A stretch of DNA of 64,000 nucleotides from Bdellovibrio sp. (GTDB taxonomy: Bacteria > Myxococcota > SpSt-1050): the NCBI GenBank assembly GCA_020725805.1, contig DYEF01000070.1:11676-75675 (forward strand). The letters are read 5' to 3'. The notes under the pieces are model-generated. The model ran no database searches and was not told the DNA's origin. It saw only the letters and a program-made list of their open reading frames with translations. The first letter of the stretch is position 1; each line of letters opens with the position of its first letter. A program made the position numbers and the translations under genes. Below are positions 39,996 through 51,175 of the stretch, in pieces.

Positions 39996-40164
39996 TGATT
40001 CCTCCTGTCCGCTGTATTTTAAGTACTATTCTACACATAATAAGTCAAATATTTTATTGTTATGCCACAACTTAACCGACACCAAGGATATTTGGCGTAT
40101 TAAAGATTTGACTTTAAATAGTTAAACGAATAAGGTATGTCACAATTGTCATAGTGGTTGGATT

Positions 40165-42012
40165 ATGAATATTGACAGCAGATATCAGATTCTGGAAAAG
40201 GCCGGCTCCGGCGGTATGGCCGCGGTATACAGGGCACGGGATACCGTATTAAACAGGGATGTTGCGGTAAAAGTCCTCCATCCGCATCTGATTGAAAAAG
40301 AGGAGGTCAAAAAGAGATTTCTGAGGGAGGCACAGGCAATCGCCCGGCTCAGACACAAAAATATCATTGAAATATATGATTACAAATCAGACTCCTCAGA
40401 CTGCTATATAATCAGTGAATTTATTAAAGGTAAAAATCTCGGCACATTCCTGTCCGAATACGACATATCTTCACCGTTTATAGCCGCTATGATTATATCT
40501 GTCCTTGCAGATGCAATAGGACACGCACATAAAAACAATGTCATACACAGAGACCTGAAACCTGAAAATATCCTTATATCCGAAAACTATCAGTTAAAGA
40601 TTGCCGATTTCGGAATTGCACATATAGCGGACGCAGAAAGTCTTACAATAACAGGCTCTATTTCGGGCTCCCCTGCACATATGTCTCCCGAGCAAATCGA
40701 CGGAAAGGATGTGGATTTAAGAACCGATATATTCTCCCTCGGCACAATACTATATCTCATTTCCTGCGGAGAACTCCCTTTTAAGGGGAACTCTCCGGCC
40801 TCTATCTTCAAATCTATACTTATGGGGGAATATAAGGAGCCGAAGGAACTCAATCCTTTAATTGACAGCAGATTCTCTGCAATAATACAGAAATGCCTGA
40901 AGAAGAATCTGGCCGAACGTTACAGCAGCACAGAAGAGCTCAAAGCAGAGCTCAATGATTATCTGAAAGGATACGGAATTACCAATACAGAGCAGAATCT
41001 TCAGAAGTTTTTTCAGGAACCGATCGAATATCTCGATGAACTCAACAAAAAGATTGCCGGACACCTCAAGGAATATCTCTACAAGAACATACATAACACA
41101 GAAAGCAGAATTCAGATTCAGGATTACCTGAATATCCTTCTGTACCTTGCACCCGATGACGATGATGCAAAGGCCATATTTGAGAGATTCTCTTCCCTTG
41201 AAGATTCAGAGAGAAGGTCAAAAAGGATAAAATCAGTCCTTCTGGCAAGCGCAATATTCCTTCTTATGGCTTTTATTGTCTTCAACGCAGTCTCCTATTA
41301 TAAAAGGATACCTGACTCAAACACAAAGCCGGCGGAGAATACGGTTGCAGTTACACCTGATGACAAATATCCCGATGTCCATACAACCCCATCGGAGGAA
41401 GACAAGATAATATCAACCGGAAATGAATCAGAAAGAACAGAAGAAAAGTCAGAAGAGGAGATGGTACTGAAAAAACCAAAGCGGAAGATTGCCCGTCCAC
41501 AGTCAGCAAGGGAGAAAAGCCAGAGTAGTGATGAAAAGGAAGAAAGTACAATTCCCAGATTCGGGGAACTCAACCTGTTTGTAAAACCTTACGGCGATAT
41601 ATATATCAATAATCAACTTGCAGGCAGGGAAAAGGCAACCCTCAATATCAAACTTAAGAGCGGAAAGCACTTTATCAGGGTCAAAAACCCCTTCTTCTTC
41701 GATATAGAAAAGGAAATCAGCATAGAGCCGGATTCGAAGACCGACCTCAGACTGGTATTTGACAATATTAAACCTGCAAAATTATTTATTAACACTTCCC
41801 CAGAATGTGATATATATATTGACGGCAACCTTCTGGGACGGAGTGATATGTATACTAAGAGTGGTATTACTATTCCTATAAATACCAAGGACGGAAGACG
41901 TGAAATACTCCTTAAGGCGTCAAAGGCAGGATACAAAGACTATATCAGGAAGATAGAGCTGACCGCAGGTGAAGCCAGAACTTTAAAAATCAACCTTACC
42001 AAAGAAAAATGA
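40165..42012 (+). CDS. Hanks-type Ser/Thr protein kinase with TM helix and C-terminal PEGA-like domains
   Basis: GSGGMAAVY loop. VAVKVL. HRDLKPENILI. DFGIA. SPEQ. TM LLASAIFLLMAFIVFNAV. C-terminal LNLFVKPYGDIYINNQLAGRE and LFINTSPECDIYIDGNLLGRS. Confidence 0.9.
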   Translation: MNIDSRYQILEKAGSGGMAAVYRARDTVLNRDVAVKVLHPHLIEKEEVKKRFLREAQAIARLRHKNIIEIYDYKSDSSDCYIISEFIKGKNLGTFLSEYDISSPFIAAMIISVLADAIGHAHKNNVIHRDLKPENILISENYQLKIADFGIAHIADAESLTITGSISGSPAHMSPEQIDGKDVDLRTDIFSLGTILYLISCGELPFKGNSPASIFKSILMGEYKEPKELNPLIDSRFSAIIQKCLKKNLAERYSSTEELKAELNDYLKGYGITNTEQNLQKFFQEPIEYLDELNKKIAGHLKEYLYKNIHNTESRIQIQDYLNILLYLAPDDDDAKAIFERFSSLEDSERRSKRIKSVLLASAIFLLMAFIVFNAVSYYKRIPDSNTKPAENTVAVTPDDKYPDVHTTPSEEDKIISTGNESERTEEKSEEEMVLKKPKRKIARPQSAREKSQSSDEKEESTIPRFGELNLFVKPYGDIYINNQLAGREKATLNIKLKSGKHFIRVKNPFFFDIEKEISIEPDSKTDLRLVFDNIKPAKLFINTSPECDIYIDGNLLGRSDMYTKSGITIPINTKDGRREILLKASKAGYKDYIRKIELTAGEARTLKINLTKEK

Positions 42013-42695
42013 ATATCTATCAGGTTATTATTATTTTTTCACTTGCACTCAACCAGACCGACGACGACCTGTTTAAGAAGGGAATTTATCTGTTTGAGCA
42101 TCAGGATTTCAAACAGTCTGTTCAGGTATTCAGCAAAATAATAAACAACAATCTTGCAAAGGACGAAAACGAACTCGCCGAATGCTACAAATACACCGGA
42201 GCAGCCTATTTCTATCTGGAAGACTATAAAGCCGCAGAGGCCAGTTTCAGGCAACTGCTCTTTTTAAGACCGGAGACAAAACTGGACCCGTTTCTCTTCC
42301 CCCCTTCGATGGTCCTCTTTTTCGACAAAATAAAGAAAGATATGCCCAGACCTCCGAAAAAGGAGGCAGAGGTGACACAACGGAAGGGAAAATACAATAT
42401 TTATGTAAACCTGCTCCCCTTCGGACTGCCTCAGTACGCACAGGACCGGAAAGCCAAAGGGACAATATTGCTTGCAATGCAGGTCCTCTCACTTGGCACC
42501 AACATCTATTCCTACTGGCAGGTTCAGTCAATGATAGACAGATACGGTTATGTTAAGAATCAGGAGGATGCGGACAGGGCAAATCTCCTCAAGACCGTTC
42601 AGATAGCCTCTCTCATTGCATTCGGGACAATATACATCTATTCTGTTGCTGACGGAATGTATTATTCACTGAAAGATACAAAAGGAGGAAACTGA
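42009..42695 (+). CDS. TPR-like/2-TM membrane protein (paralog module of 12356..13198)
   Basis: ATGA overlap with kinase stop. KLDPFLFPPSMVLFFDKIKK parallels DIDPDYTLSPSVSPKLREPFAKVKK in 12356..13198. Two C-terminal TM helices. Confidence 0.6.
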   Translation: MNIYQVIIIFSLALNQTDDDLFKKGIYLFEHQDFKQSVQVFSKIINNNLAKDENELAECYKYTGAAYFYLEDYKAAEASFRQLLFLRPETKLDPFLFPPSMVLFFDKIKKDMPRPPKKEAEVTQRKGKYNIYVNLLPFGLPQYAQDRKAKGTILLAMQVLSLGTNIYSYWQVQSMIDRYGYVKNQEDADRANLLKTVQIASLIAFGTIYIYSVADGMYYSLKDTKGGN

Positions 42696-42697
42696 AA

Positions 42698-44461
42698 ATG
42701 CCGTTTATTGAGGTCAAAAACAGGATTACAGGGAATTTCAGGACATACGAAATTAAAAAGAGGATAACGTCAATCGGAAGTTCACAGGAATGTGATATTG
42801 TGCTGGAAGACAAGAAACTTCCAAAGCACTTTGCAAACATATTCTCTGACGGACATTCATATACCCTGCAGGTGGCATCAAGCGATCAGGAATTCCTTTA
42901 CGAAGGCAAACCGGCAAGACGAAAGAAACTGCAGGAAAACGTACCCGCAGAAATAGGGAATTTTATCATCTCCTTTGTCTATGAAAGGAGAAAGCAGGAA
43001 CCAAAAGAGAGCGGGGCAAAAAAGGATATTTACAAGATTCTCTTCGAGACCTCGACAAGACTGATGTCCGACTTCAGACTCGATACCTTCCTGAACAACC
43101 TTACAGACGCCCTGATAACACTTACAAAGGCCGATAAAGGTTTCATTATTATCTTCAGGGAGAATACACTTGATATAATGGTTGCACGTGGTCTGGATGG
43201 CAAGAATTTCACAAATCCCCGGGAACTCATTTCGGATTCAGTCATCGAGAAGGTAATCAGCACCAAAAAACCACTGATTATCAACGATGCCATGAACGAT
43301 ACAGAGTTCAAAATGAGCGTATCCGTAATAAATCTGAAACTCTGCTCTATAATATGCGTGCCGCTCATATATCAGGGCAATATTCTGGGACTTATCTATC
43401 TCGGGAATGACAATATCGCCAATCTCTTCGACCAGACCTCACTTGAGGTAATTACAATATTTGCATCACAGGTCACACTCCTTTTGAAATCAGCCCTTCA
43501 TATAGACAGACTTGAAAAAGACCTCGACATAAGAAATCTCAGCAACATTATTTATGCAAGTCCCTATATGACGGAGATTATGGAAAAGATGCGCAAGGTA
43601 GCGCAGACCGACGTAACTGTCCTCATCGAGGGTGAAACAGGTACCGGAAAGGAGATTCTCGCAAGGGAGATTCACAATAATTCTCCCCGCAAAAACGGTC
43701 CTTTTGTAGCAATTAACTGTGCGGCCATACCGAAAGACCTTCTGGAGAGTGAACTCTTCGGACATACCAAAGGTGCGTTCACCGGTGCCGTATCCACAAG
43801 AGAAGGGAAATTCCAGCTTGCATCAGGGGGGACACTCTTTCTGGATGAGATAGGAGATATGCCTGTCCATCTGCAGGCAAAACTTCTGCGCGCACTTCAG
43901 GATAAAATCGTAACCAAGGTAGGCTCGAACACACCCGAGGAGACAGATGTGAGAATCATCTGCGCAACGAATCAGAATCTTGATGAGCTCGTAAAAAACA
44001 AAAAATTCAGACAGGACTTATATTACCGCGTAAATGTCGTCAGATTCTATCTGCCTCCGCTGAGAGACCGCGGAGAAGATATAATGCTGATTGCAAAATA
44101 TTTTCTCCAGAAATTCAGAAAAGAGTACAATTCACCCGTCGAGGGATTTTCAATAAGTGCCGTAAAGGTTATCAACAATTATCCCTGGCCGGGTAATATC
44201 AGGGAGATGGAGAACAGAATAAAAAAGGCCGTAATCCTGTCAAAACACCCTCTCATAGAAAAGGAGGACCTTGAACTGACGGAGGAATCGGAGACACCCA
44301 TTCTGCCGCTCGCACAGGCAAGAGAGGAGTTTCAGCGGAGATATATCCTTCAGGCACTAAGGAAGAACGGCGGTAACAGGACAAAGACAGCAAAGGACCT
44401 CGGAGTAGACCCGAGGACGATTTTCAGATATCTTGAGGACATTGACGACGAGACGATATGA
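42698..44461 (+). CDS. sigma54-dependent enhancer-binding protein with N-terminal FHA and GAF domains
   Basis: FHA-like N-terminus (...[17 protein letters not shown]...). GAF. AAA+ with GETGTGKE Walker A and GAFTGA sigma54 contact loop. C-terminal Fis-type HTH. Confidence 0.9.
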   Translation: MPFIEVKNRITGNFRTYEIKKRITSIGSSQECDIVLEDKKLPKHFANIFSDGHSYTLQVASSDQEFLYEGKPARRKKLQENVPAEIGNFIISFVYERRKQEPKESGAKKDIYKILFETSTRLMSDFRLDTFLNNLTDALITLTKADKGFIIIFRENTLDIMVARGLDGKNFTNPRELISDSVIEKVISTKKPLIINDAMNDTEFKMSVSVINLKLCSIICVPLIYQGNILGLIYLGNDNIANLFDQTSLEVITIFASQVTLLLKSALHIDRLEKDLDIRNLSNIIYASPYMTEIMEKMRKVAQTDVTVLIEGETGTGKEILAREIHNNSPRKNGPFVAINCAAIPKDLLESELFGHTKGAFTGAVSTREGKFQLASGGTLFLDEIGDMPVHLQAKLLRALQDKIVTKVGSNTPEETDVRIICATNQNLDELVKNKKFRQDLYYRVNVVRFYLPPLRDRGEDIMLIAKYFLQKFRKEYNSPVEGFSISAVKVINNYPWPGNIREMENRIKKAVILSKHPLIEKEDLELTEESETPILPLAQAREEFQRRYILQALRKNGGNRTKTAKDLGVDPRTIFRYLEDIDDETI

Positions 44462-45030
44462 CTAAATTGCCGCAAATCAGTGCAGTTAAAGGTCAAAAGA
44501 ATACCAACAGATTACCGGCTGTGTTAAGATTGGTATCTGCTATGGCTCTTCTATCCTTTACATCAACTTTCTGTGTAGATACACCGGAGATACGTCTTTT
44601 AGAGGTGAACAACAGACCACCGCTTATCAACAAATCCAAAATAAGCCCTGACAGCCCTGTAGTCAAGATCGACTCTCTCTGCAAAAAGGAATTCGGTTTC
44701 TCCGAGGTAACAGAGCTTGATACAGAGGATATGCTCTATGTCAGATGGTATGTTGACTATGAATATATCAAGAATTATCAGAAGGGTTCTGTAATACCGC
44801 CGCCCGACAAGAAGAATATTATCAGGGGCGGGGACAGTTTCATTCTGGACCTGAAGAATTCCATTCTGCCCTCCAAATCAAGAGGTTCGGTTCATACGGT
44901 GGAGGTCATTCTATCGGACAGACCCTTTTTGCTTGATTCGACAGAACCGCCCCCCTTCAAGGCTGTCGAGAAGGGTGGCAATTTTGACTATATTTCCTGG
45001 ACGGTGATTCAGATTGAAGACTGCTATTAG
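44458..45030 (+). CDS. hypothetical exported protein/lipoprotein
   Basis: ATGA overlap with the EBP stop. Hydrophobic N-terminus AMALLSFTSTFCVD. Confidence 0.5.
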   Translation: MTKLPQISAVKGQKNTNRLPAVLRLVSAMALLSFTSTFCVDTPEIRLLEVNNRPPLINKSKISPDSPVVKIDSLCKKEFGFSEVTELDTEDMLYVRWYVDYEYIKNYQKGSVIPPPDKKNIIRGGDSFILDLKNSILPSKSRGSVHTVEVILSDRPFLLDSTEPPPFKAVEKGGNFDYISWTVIQIEDCY

Positions 45031-46519
45031 ATATCTTTTTGCCATTTATCTGCTTCTGCTGACATCCTGCAGTGATACTGCAAGTATGAATACCCCTAAA
45101 AACAGCTGTTTCGTAATCGGCGGGTGTGACAGAGAATACTACAACCTCGACAGGGTTTTCATCAGACTCAATGTAAATATCGAAAAAAAATTTCAGATAT
45201 CCCGCCTGACCAGACACAACATAACAGACGGTAACAGCATCAGCATCACCCTGCCCCGTTTATACAGCATCTGCGGAAAGGTCATATACTCGGAATCTCC
45301 TGTCTATGCCACAATCAGATTCATACCGGAAAATTCAGAACTGCTTCTGCCTCCCGTCAACGCAGAGACGGATAAAAGCGGGAGTTTCTGTACAATGCTG
45401 CCGGAGGGTAATTATACAATCCTTATCTCACCGTATAAAAGTGATTCGATCCCGCAGCTGAAGACTACTGTCAAGGTAAATTCGGAGATACCGACACTGA
45501 CAATATTATACCCCTCACCCGAAAATGTAAGATATATCTACGGGAATGTAATACTCGATTCGAAGAGCGGAATCCCCGTCGAAGGAATAAATGTCCTTGC
45601 ATACAGGGAGTATGATAAAGGCATTACTCTTCAGTCGAATGTATCTGTAACGGACAGTGAGGGCAGATTTTCAATTATTGTTCCGACAAAAAGCGAGAGC
45701 TTTTCACTTATGCTCTATGGCTCGGAAAAAAACCCGGACTGGCCTGTTATCAAACTGCCCGACATTATCAGCGAAGAGATCGTACAGATAGGCACTATCA
45801 ATCTCGGCTTTGTACCCCCTCTCAGACATATCTCGGGGTCAGTTTCTGCTGAAAATAAAAACCGCATTATTGCTACAATGAACAGAAATGAATTTCTTTA
45901 TACAAAGACTTTTATTACTGATTCTGAAGGATATTTCGAAACCGACCTCAGAGAAGGAAGATACACATTTCTCATTATCCCGGAAGATATTCACAACAGT
46001 GAGTGGAGCATTACAAGCAGCACAGACATTACTGTACCTGACGCGGACATAAAGACAATCAGCATCGAAAGAAAAGTAGACCTTGAGGGGGTCATTCTTC
46101 CTTTGCAGAACAGATACACTCCGAAGATTAACATAAGACGTCTGGGTGGTTGCCTTCCCGAACAGAATGACAATATCAGTCTCGAATCATCGATATTGCC
46201 CGACAGCAACGGAAAATTCAAAGCACCTGTTCACTACGGGAAATACAGAATAGAAATCTCTTCCGATGACCCGCTCAGCGCCGGCCTGATATCCGAACCG
46301 ATGTGTATAGGAGAAAACACAAATCTGGGTCAGTTATTACTATCGGACTCCTGTGAACTTACAGTAAGACTGGAAAATCCGGACAATCTTTCTGTTTCAG
46401 CAATAAAGGCAGAAGTATTTATTTCGGATAAATCTGAAACAGATGTTGTAAAAATTTCGGAGAAGAGTACAGAGAGCCCTCTGATAAAACTGAAAGTACC
46501 GGGATACCTCTGCAGATAA
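45014..46519 (+). CDS. lipoprotein with repeated carboxypeptidase-regulatory-like (transthyretin-fold) domains
   Basis: Lipobox LLLTSCSD. Recurrent TDSEGRFSI / TDSEGYFET / DSNGKFKAPV motifs. Confidence 0.55.
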   Translation: MKTAIRYLFAIYLLLLTSCSDTASMNTPKNSCFVIGGCDREYYNLDRVFIRLNVNIEKKFQISRLTRHNITDGNSISITLPRLYSICGKVIYSESPVYATIRFIPENSELLLPPVNAETDKSGSFCTMLPEGNYTILISPYKSDSIPQLKTTVKVNSEIPTLTILYPSPENVRYIYGNVILDSKSGIPVEGINVLAYREYDKGITLQSNVSVTDSEGRFSIIVPTKSESFSLMLYGSEKNPDWPVIKLPDIISEEIVQIGTINLGFVPPLRHISGSVSAENKNRIIATMNRNEFLYTKTFITDSEGYFETDLREGRYTFLIIPEDIHNSEWSITSSTDITVPDADIKTISIERKVDLEGVILPLQNRYTPKINIRRLGGCLPEQNDNISLESSILPDSNGKFKAPVHYGKYRIEISSDDPLSAGLISEPMCIGENTNLGQLLLSDSCELTVRLENPDNLSVSAIKAEVFISDKSETDVVKISEKSTESPLIKLKVPGYLCR

Positions 46520-46522
46520 AAA

Positions 46523-47572
46523 TTATACAAAAAGCAGAATAATAAAGACTATTACAAGTAATGAAAATCCTATCGGCAGTCCGAGTTTTGCCCACTCCCG
46601 GGATTTGATTTTCAGTTTGCTTGCACAAATAATATTTGGGATATTTCCCGGGATGAGCATTACTCCCGACAGGAGAAGTCCGAGTAAGAGGTCCCTGACC
46701 TGCTCCTCCGACATCGCGGTACTTATCTCTGCGGCTGTAAGTGTTGCGTTATCGACCACGGCCGAAATCATATTTACCCAGTATAAAACCAGAGGAGAGA
46801 GTTTCAGGACATAATTATCGATTATTGGCTTAAATCCGTAACCAAGAAACACAAGGGCCATTACAAAGAGATATACCTTGAATGTCCTGAAGAAAATTTC
46901 TCTTACAGATTCTATCTTCTTCTCCTCGTCGGGAGATTCTGAAAGCGTATCCTCGGCATTGTGGCCTTTATAGAGCCCGGCGGCTATCCCGGAGAATAGA
47001 ACCAGCGGGATTATAAACGGACCGAGCAGTCTCAGAAGGTAGAAAAAATCCACCTGAGGCCAGGTCTTCAGTTTACTTATTGCGATTGTCGAGAGCGGTT
47101 CGCCTATCGGTGTCAGCGAAGCCCCGAGACCTATCGAGAGACAGGCAACAACGACATAAAACAGTTCGTGTTTGCGGTCCATTCTGAGGACATTGATAAT
47201 TTCCACGAGCACAAGCGATGCAATAATTGCGGTTATAATGCTCGAAATAAATCCCAGAATCACCACAACCAGAAACATAAAGAGACCAAACGGTATTCTC
47301 TTCAATGAGAAGAAAACGAGGTCTTTCAGATATTTGTGTGTATATTTGAATACGAATCCGGCAATAAGAACCGCCAGAGATATCTTTATCGGTTCGTGCA
47401 AACCTTCCATGATAATATCCAGATGGAGGCTCTTCGTAACAACCAGTGAAAGCACTCCCATCAGAAAAAGGAAAATCTCGAGATTCTCCTCAACCTTATG
47501 AAAGATAAAAGGAAGGAAAAGGACCATCAGCAAAATCACAGAGAGAGCTGCTATTACAAATGTACTGACCAT
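46523..47572 (-). CDS. polytopic membrane protein, DUF1646-like putative cation transporter
   Basis: About 10 TM helices. No recognisable catalytic motif. Confidence 0.5.
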   Translation of the reverse strand: MVSTFVIAALSVILLMVLFLPFIFHKVEENLEIFLFLMGVLSLVVTKSLHLDIIMEGLHEPIKISLAVLIAGFVFKYTHKYLKDLVFFSLKRIPFGLFMFLVVVILGFISSIITAIIASLVLVEIINVLRMDRKHELFYVVVACLSIGLGASLTPIGEPLSTIAISKLKTWPQVDFFYLLRLLGPFIIPLVLFSGIAAGLYKGHNAEDTLSESPDEEKKIESVREIFFRTFKVYLFVMALVFLGYGFKPIIDNYVLKLSPLVLYWVNMISAVVDNATLTAAEISTAMSEEQVRDLLLGLLLSGVMLIPGNIPNIICASKLKIKSREWAKLGLPIGFSLLVIVFIILLFV

Positions 47573-47585
47573 TTAATACCTCAAC

Positions 47586-48281
47586 TTATTCCTTGATGTT
47601 AAAATGAAATCTGCTGCCCACAATAATTGCAAACACAGTCGTGGAAGGTGTCTTTTCCATTTCGTGCGTAATATCCTTATCCCAGTCGTAATAGAATTTT
47701 GAGTACGAAGGGAAATAGAAACTGAGGTCCAGAAATAATGAAAACCAGTTTTTGATATACACATCAGTGCCAAGACCTGTCTCAAAAAAACCACCTGCTA
47801 TTGCCTTCGACTGCTTTTCGGGAAACCCCCACTCCTCAACATTCATACCTATCATTGAATATCCGCCGCCCAGAAAAACATACGGGTCAATAAAATAATC
47901 CTTCTTCCAGTGATTGAGAGGATGATATTTTGCAATCCCTGATACAAATCCTCCGCCTTTACGTTCCCCCTTCGAAGTAATATCCGACCCTGTAAAATTC
48001 AGTTTCAGTTCAACGGATGCGTAGTTCATTATATTATAACCCATATTGAAATCCAGAGCAAACATACCGCCAAGATCGGTCGAGACAATATCCGTTGTGG
48101 CCTCTTTCTGTGCATTGCCGCTGATTATCACAACAGGATAATTATTCTTGTATATTACTTCGGAGGGCATCTGTTCGCCGAAAAAGATATCGCTGCCGAG
48201 ACCAAGTGACACATAAAAACCCTCTTTGGCATAGACATTTACGGAGCATAAAATGAGAAAAAAGAAAACGGCTTTCTTCAT
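47586..48281 (-). CDS. small outer-membrane beta-barrel protein (OmpA/OmpW-like barrel)
   Basis: Signal peptide MKKAVFFFLILCSVNVYA. Ends ...RFHFNIKE with alternating pattern. Confidence 0.55.
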   Translation of the reverse strand: MKKAVFFFLILCSVNVYAKEGFYVSLGLGSDIFFGEQMPSEVIYKNNYPVVIISGNAQKEATTDIVSTDLGGMFALDFNMGYNIMNYASVELKLNFTGSDITSKGERKGGGFVSGIAKYHPLNHWKKDYFIDPYVFLGGGYSMIGMNVEEWGFPEKQSKAIAGGFFETGLGTDVYIKNWFSLFLDLSFYFPSYSKFYYDWDKDITHEMEKTPSTTVFAIIVGSRFHFNIKE

Positions 48282-48286
48282 ATACT

Positions 48287-49603
48287 TTACCTCGTAAAAA
48301 GTCTGACTAATCTGCTTTCAAGAAGGTTAAGATAATCAGACCTCCAGAAAGCAGGCTTGAGTGAATATAATACAGAATCCAGACTTCCTGCAAGCAAATA
48401 GATACCTGCCTTTTTTATAATGGAAGGTCTCTTAATCAGTTTCAGACCTCTTCTCAATGTCAATACCACATTCTCGGGATTAATAATAGGTTTGTTGTCA
48501 AATACATACCGTATGCTCACCGGATTGATAACAAGGTCAAAGAGAATCCCTGTATCATATCTGTCAGCCTCCTCAATTATTCTGCGAAAGAACGTCATCA
48601 GGGCATATCGCTGCGATATAACATTGTTGAATCTTCCCTGAAATGAATAAGGTGAGTCTGTTTTAAGGGACTCAATCAGCATCTCGGAAGCAGTAATGAT
48701 TGTCGATATACCGGATGCGCACATAGGATATATCATCGATGCCGAATCGCCGATACTGAAAACACCATCTTTAAATAGTCTGAGAAAAGGTCTTCTTACA
48801 GGAATTATTCCTCCTCCTCCGGCAACCGGCTTTACTGAAGTACCGAATTCCTTTTTTACAATCTCCGATATCCTCTTCGGTATATCCCTGTCATTTCCTC
48901 CGCACAATATTTCGACTGTTTCATTCCTGATATCCGGAAAGATGGCTGTCGTATTAAATCCTCCGTTCTCCGACAATCTCAGCACTGCCGAATCAGAGGC
49001 AAGTCTGTGCCTGTCGTAGAATCCTGAAATCGCACTACCCTTTACGTCAAATTTCAGTCTGTAGGCATAAATATAATCAGCATCTGACATCTCGTCACGG
49101 AAAAAATTCTTCCTCACCGGTGAACCGGCACCTGTGCAATCGATAACGTATCTCGACCTGAGACTCATTTTTCCACGGGGTGTCTTTATCTGTACAGAAA
49201 CCCCGCCGGCCTCCGGAAGAACCTCTCTCAGTTCGGAATTAAACCATATTTCTGCTCCTGACCCGATTGCTGCATCCCGGAGATTTTTTACCAGTTTTTT
49301 CATATCAACCGATCTGACAATCTTTTGTGTATCGAAATAAAATGCAGTATTTCCTGACTGATCCAGAACAGCCGTAATCTCCGGAGTAAAATTTTCAGGA
49401 ACATCTATATTATTGAGCAACCCGCTCTGAAGGGACCAGATAGGAATATCGTTCGTCCAGATTGTTCTGATATAATTCTGATTACCCTTTTCAAGACAGA
49501 ATACACTGAAACCGGATTTCGAAAGATTATATGCAAGGAGTGCACCCGAAACACCCGCTCCGGCGATTACAACATCATAGTCGGCTCCCGATATAGCTTT
49601 CAT
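48287..49603 (-). CDS. FAD-dependent oxidoreductase (geranylgeranyl-reductase/halogenase-like family)
   Basis: DVVIAGAGVSG dinucleotide motif. GD motif region ...SIGDSASMIYP. Confidence 0.65.
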   Translation of the reverse strand: MKAISGADYDVVIAGAGVSGALLAYNLSKSGFSVFCLEKGNQNYIRTIWTNDIPIWSLQSGLLNNIDVPENFTPEITAVLDQSGNTAFYFDTQKIVRSVDMKKLVKNLRDAAIGSGAEIWFNSELREVLPEAGGVSVQIKTPRGKMSLRSRYVIDCTGAGSPVRKNFFRDEMSDADYIYAYRLKFDVKGSAISGFYDRHRLASDSAVLRLSENGGFNTTAIFPDIRNETVEILCGGNDRDIPKRISEIVKKEFGTSVKPVAGGGGIIPVRRPFLRLFKDGVFSIGDSASMIYPMCASGISTIITASEMLIESLKTDSPYSFQGRFNNVISQRYALMTFFRRIIEEADRYDTGILFDLVINPVSIRYVFDNKPIINPENVVLTLRRGLKLIKRPSIIKKAGIYLLAGSLDSVLYSLKPAFWRSDYLNLLESRLVRLFTR

Positions 49604-49652
49604 AACATCTTTTACTAATCCATCAGTCCCGTGATTTCAACAATATTCAGAC

Positions 49653-49687
49653 AATAAAAAAGCCCGTACCTCAGACAAGATACGGGC
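49653..49687 (-). terminator. rho-independent terminator for 49712..51055
   Basis: GCCCGTA-N12-TACGGGC hairpin, followed on the minus strand by TTTTTTATT. Confidence 0.65.
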
Positions 49688-49711
49688 AATTTTCGGAATA
49701 TTTAATAATTC

Positions 49712-51055
49712 TTATTCTTTCTTTTCTTCTACCTTAGGTGCTTTGAGAATCAGAATGAGAACCGCAGAAATTATACAGAGTATACCGGATATTACAAATG
49801 CAGTTGTATAATTCCCGGCATCATAGGTCTTCTGAACAATCTCACCGCTCTTCTCAAGAGACTCATAAGGGACTTTCTGAACAACACTCATCAGCTTCGG
49901 GGCAAGCCATGGTCCGAAGAGACCACCTGCACCGTAAGCAGAGAACATCCAGCCATAGTTTGCACCGACATTTTTTGTTCCGAAGAAGTCTGCCGTAACC
50001 GCCGGATAAAGTGCGAGGAAACCACCGAAGCAGAATCCGATGGAGGCTACACCAAAGAGATATAAACCATAGGATGTAAAGAATTTAAGTAAAAGCATAA
50101 TGACGCCTGCGTATATGAACATAATCATCAATGTAGGTTTTCTTCCGATACTGTCGGATACCTTACCCCAGACAATCCTTCCCAATGCATTAAGAATAGC
50201 AACGATCATAACCGCAGAGGCACCTTTTGAGATAATATCGGCATAACTATCCTTGGGTACAGGGGAACCACTGAAAAGCTGAAGGAGTGAGAAAGACTGC
50301 CATACATTCGTTGCATTCATAATAATCATCAGTCCGGCTGTACAACCAGCAAAATAAGTAAGCCATAAGAGCCAGAATTGTGCTGTCTTGAGCATCTCCT
50401 GCCAGGTAAAATCTACTTTTTGAACAGCACCTGAGGCAGAGGCTGCCATAGCAGGTGGATTCCACCCTTCTGGTTTGTAACCGGCCGGAGGATTTATCAT
50501 AAATTGTGCACCGATTACTACTGCTATAAGAAAGATTATGCCCAGATATAAAAATGTCGTCATTATTCCCTGTGACGCGATCAGGCTCTTTGCAACCGGT
50601 GTAAAGACAAGTGCGCCCGCCCCAAAACCAGCCACCGCAAGGCCCGTGATAAGCCCTCTCATATCAGGAAACCACTTCACACAGGTAGCAATCGGGCAGA
50701 CATAAGCAGCACCTATCCCGATACCGCCAATTATAGAAAAGCCAAGCACAAAGAGAAACAGGTTATTGGCAAATGATGCAATAATAAGACCTATACCGAG
50801 AAGTATACCACCAAGAGTTGCTATTTTTCTTGGTCCAAGTTTATCCTGAATTCTACCAAAAACAATCATACTAAGTGCAAAAAATGCAAGCACGAGCTGT
50901 GAAGGAAGAGCAAGATCAGTAGCTGACCAGCTCGGAAACTTATCTTTTAATGCGGGTTTGAAAACAGAATATATATAGATTGCACCAAGCGAAATTTGAA
51001 TAAGTAAAGCACCTACAACGACCAACCATCTATTAAACTTCTTCTCTTCTGACAT
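49712..51055 (-). CDS. MFS transporter, oxalate/formate antiporter (OFA)-like
   Basis: 12 TM helices. Start MSEEKK with AGGAGGA 7 nt upstream. ORF-track start is 11 codons earlier. Confidence 0.8.
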   Translation of the reverse strand: MSEEKKFNRWLVVVGALLIQISLGAIYIYSVFKPALKDKFPSWSATDLALPSQLVLAFFALSMIVFGRIQDKLGPRKIATLGGILLGIGLIIASFANNLFLFVLGFSIIGGIGIGAAYVCPIATCVKWFPDMRGLITGLAVAGFGAGALVFTPVAKSLIASQGIMTTFLYLGIIFLIAVVIGAQFMINPPAGYKPEGWNPPAMAASASGAVQKVDFTWQEMLKTAQFWLLWLTYFAGCTAGLMIIMNATNVWQSFSLLQLFSGSPVPKDSYADIISKGASAVMIVAILNALGRIVWGKVSDSIGRKPTLMIMFIYAGVIMLLLKFFTSYGLYLFGVASIGFCFGGFLALYPAVTADFFGTKNVGANYGWMFSAYGAGGLFGPWLAPKLMSVVQKVPYESLEKSGEIVQKTYDAGNYTTAFVISGILCIISAVLILILKAPKVEEKKE

Positions 51056-51175
51056 AAAAAATCCTCCTCTGATAATTGAGTTAAGCAAAAACTATTTCAA
51101 AACTCTTACCAAACGGCTTTTGATATATCTAATTTTTTACAAATGTCCACAAATAATTATACTGCTATCAATAAA

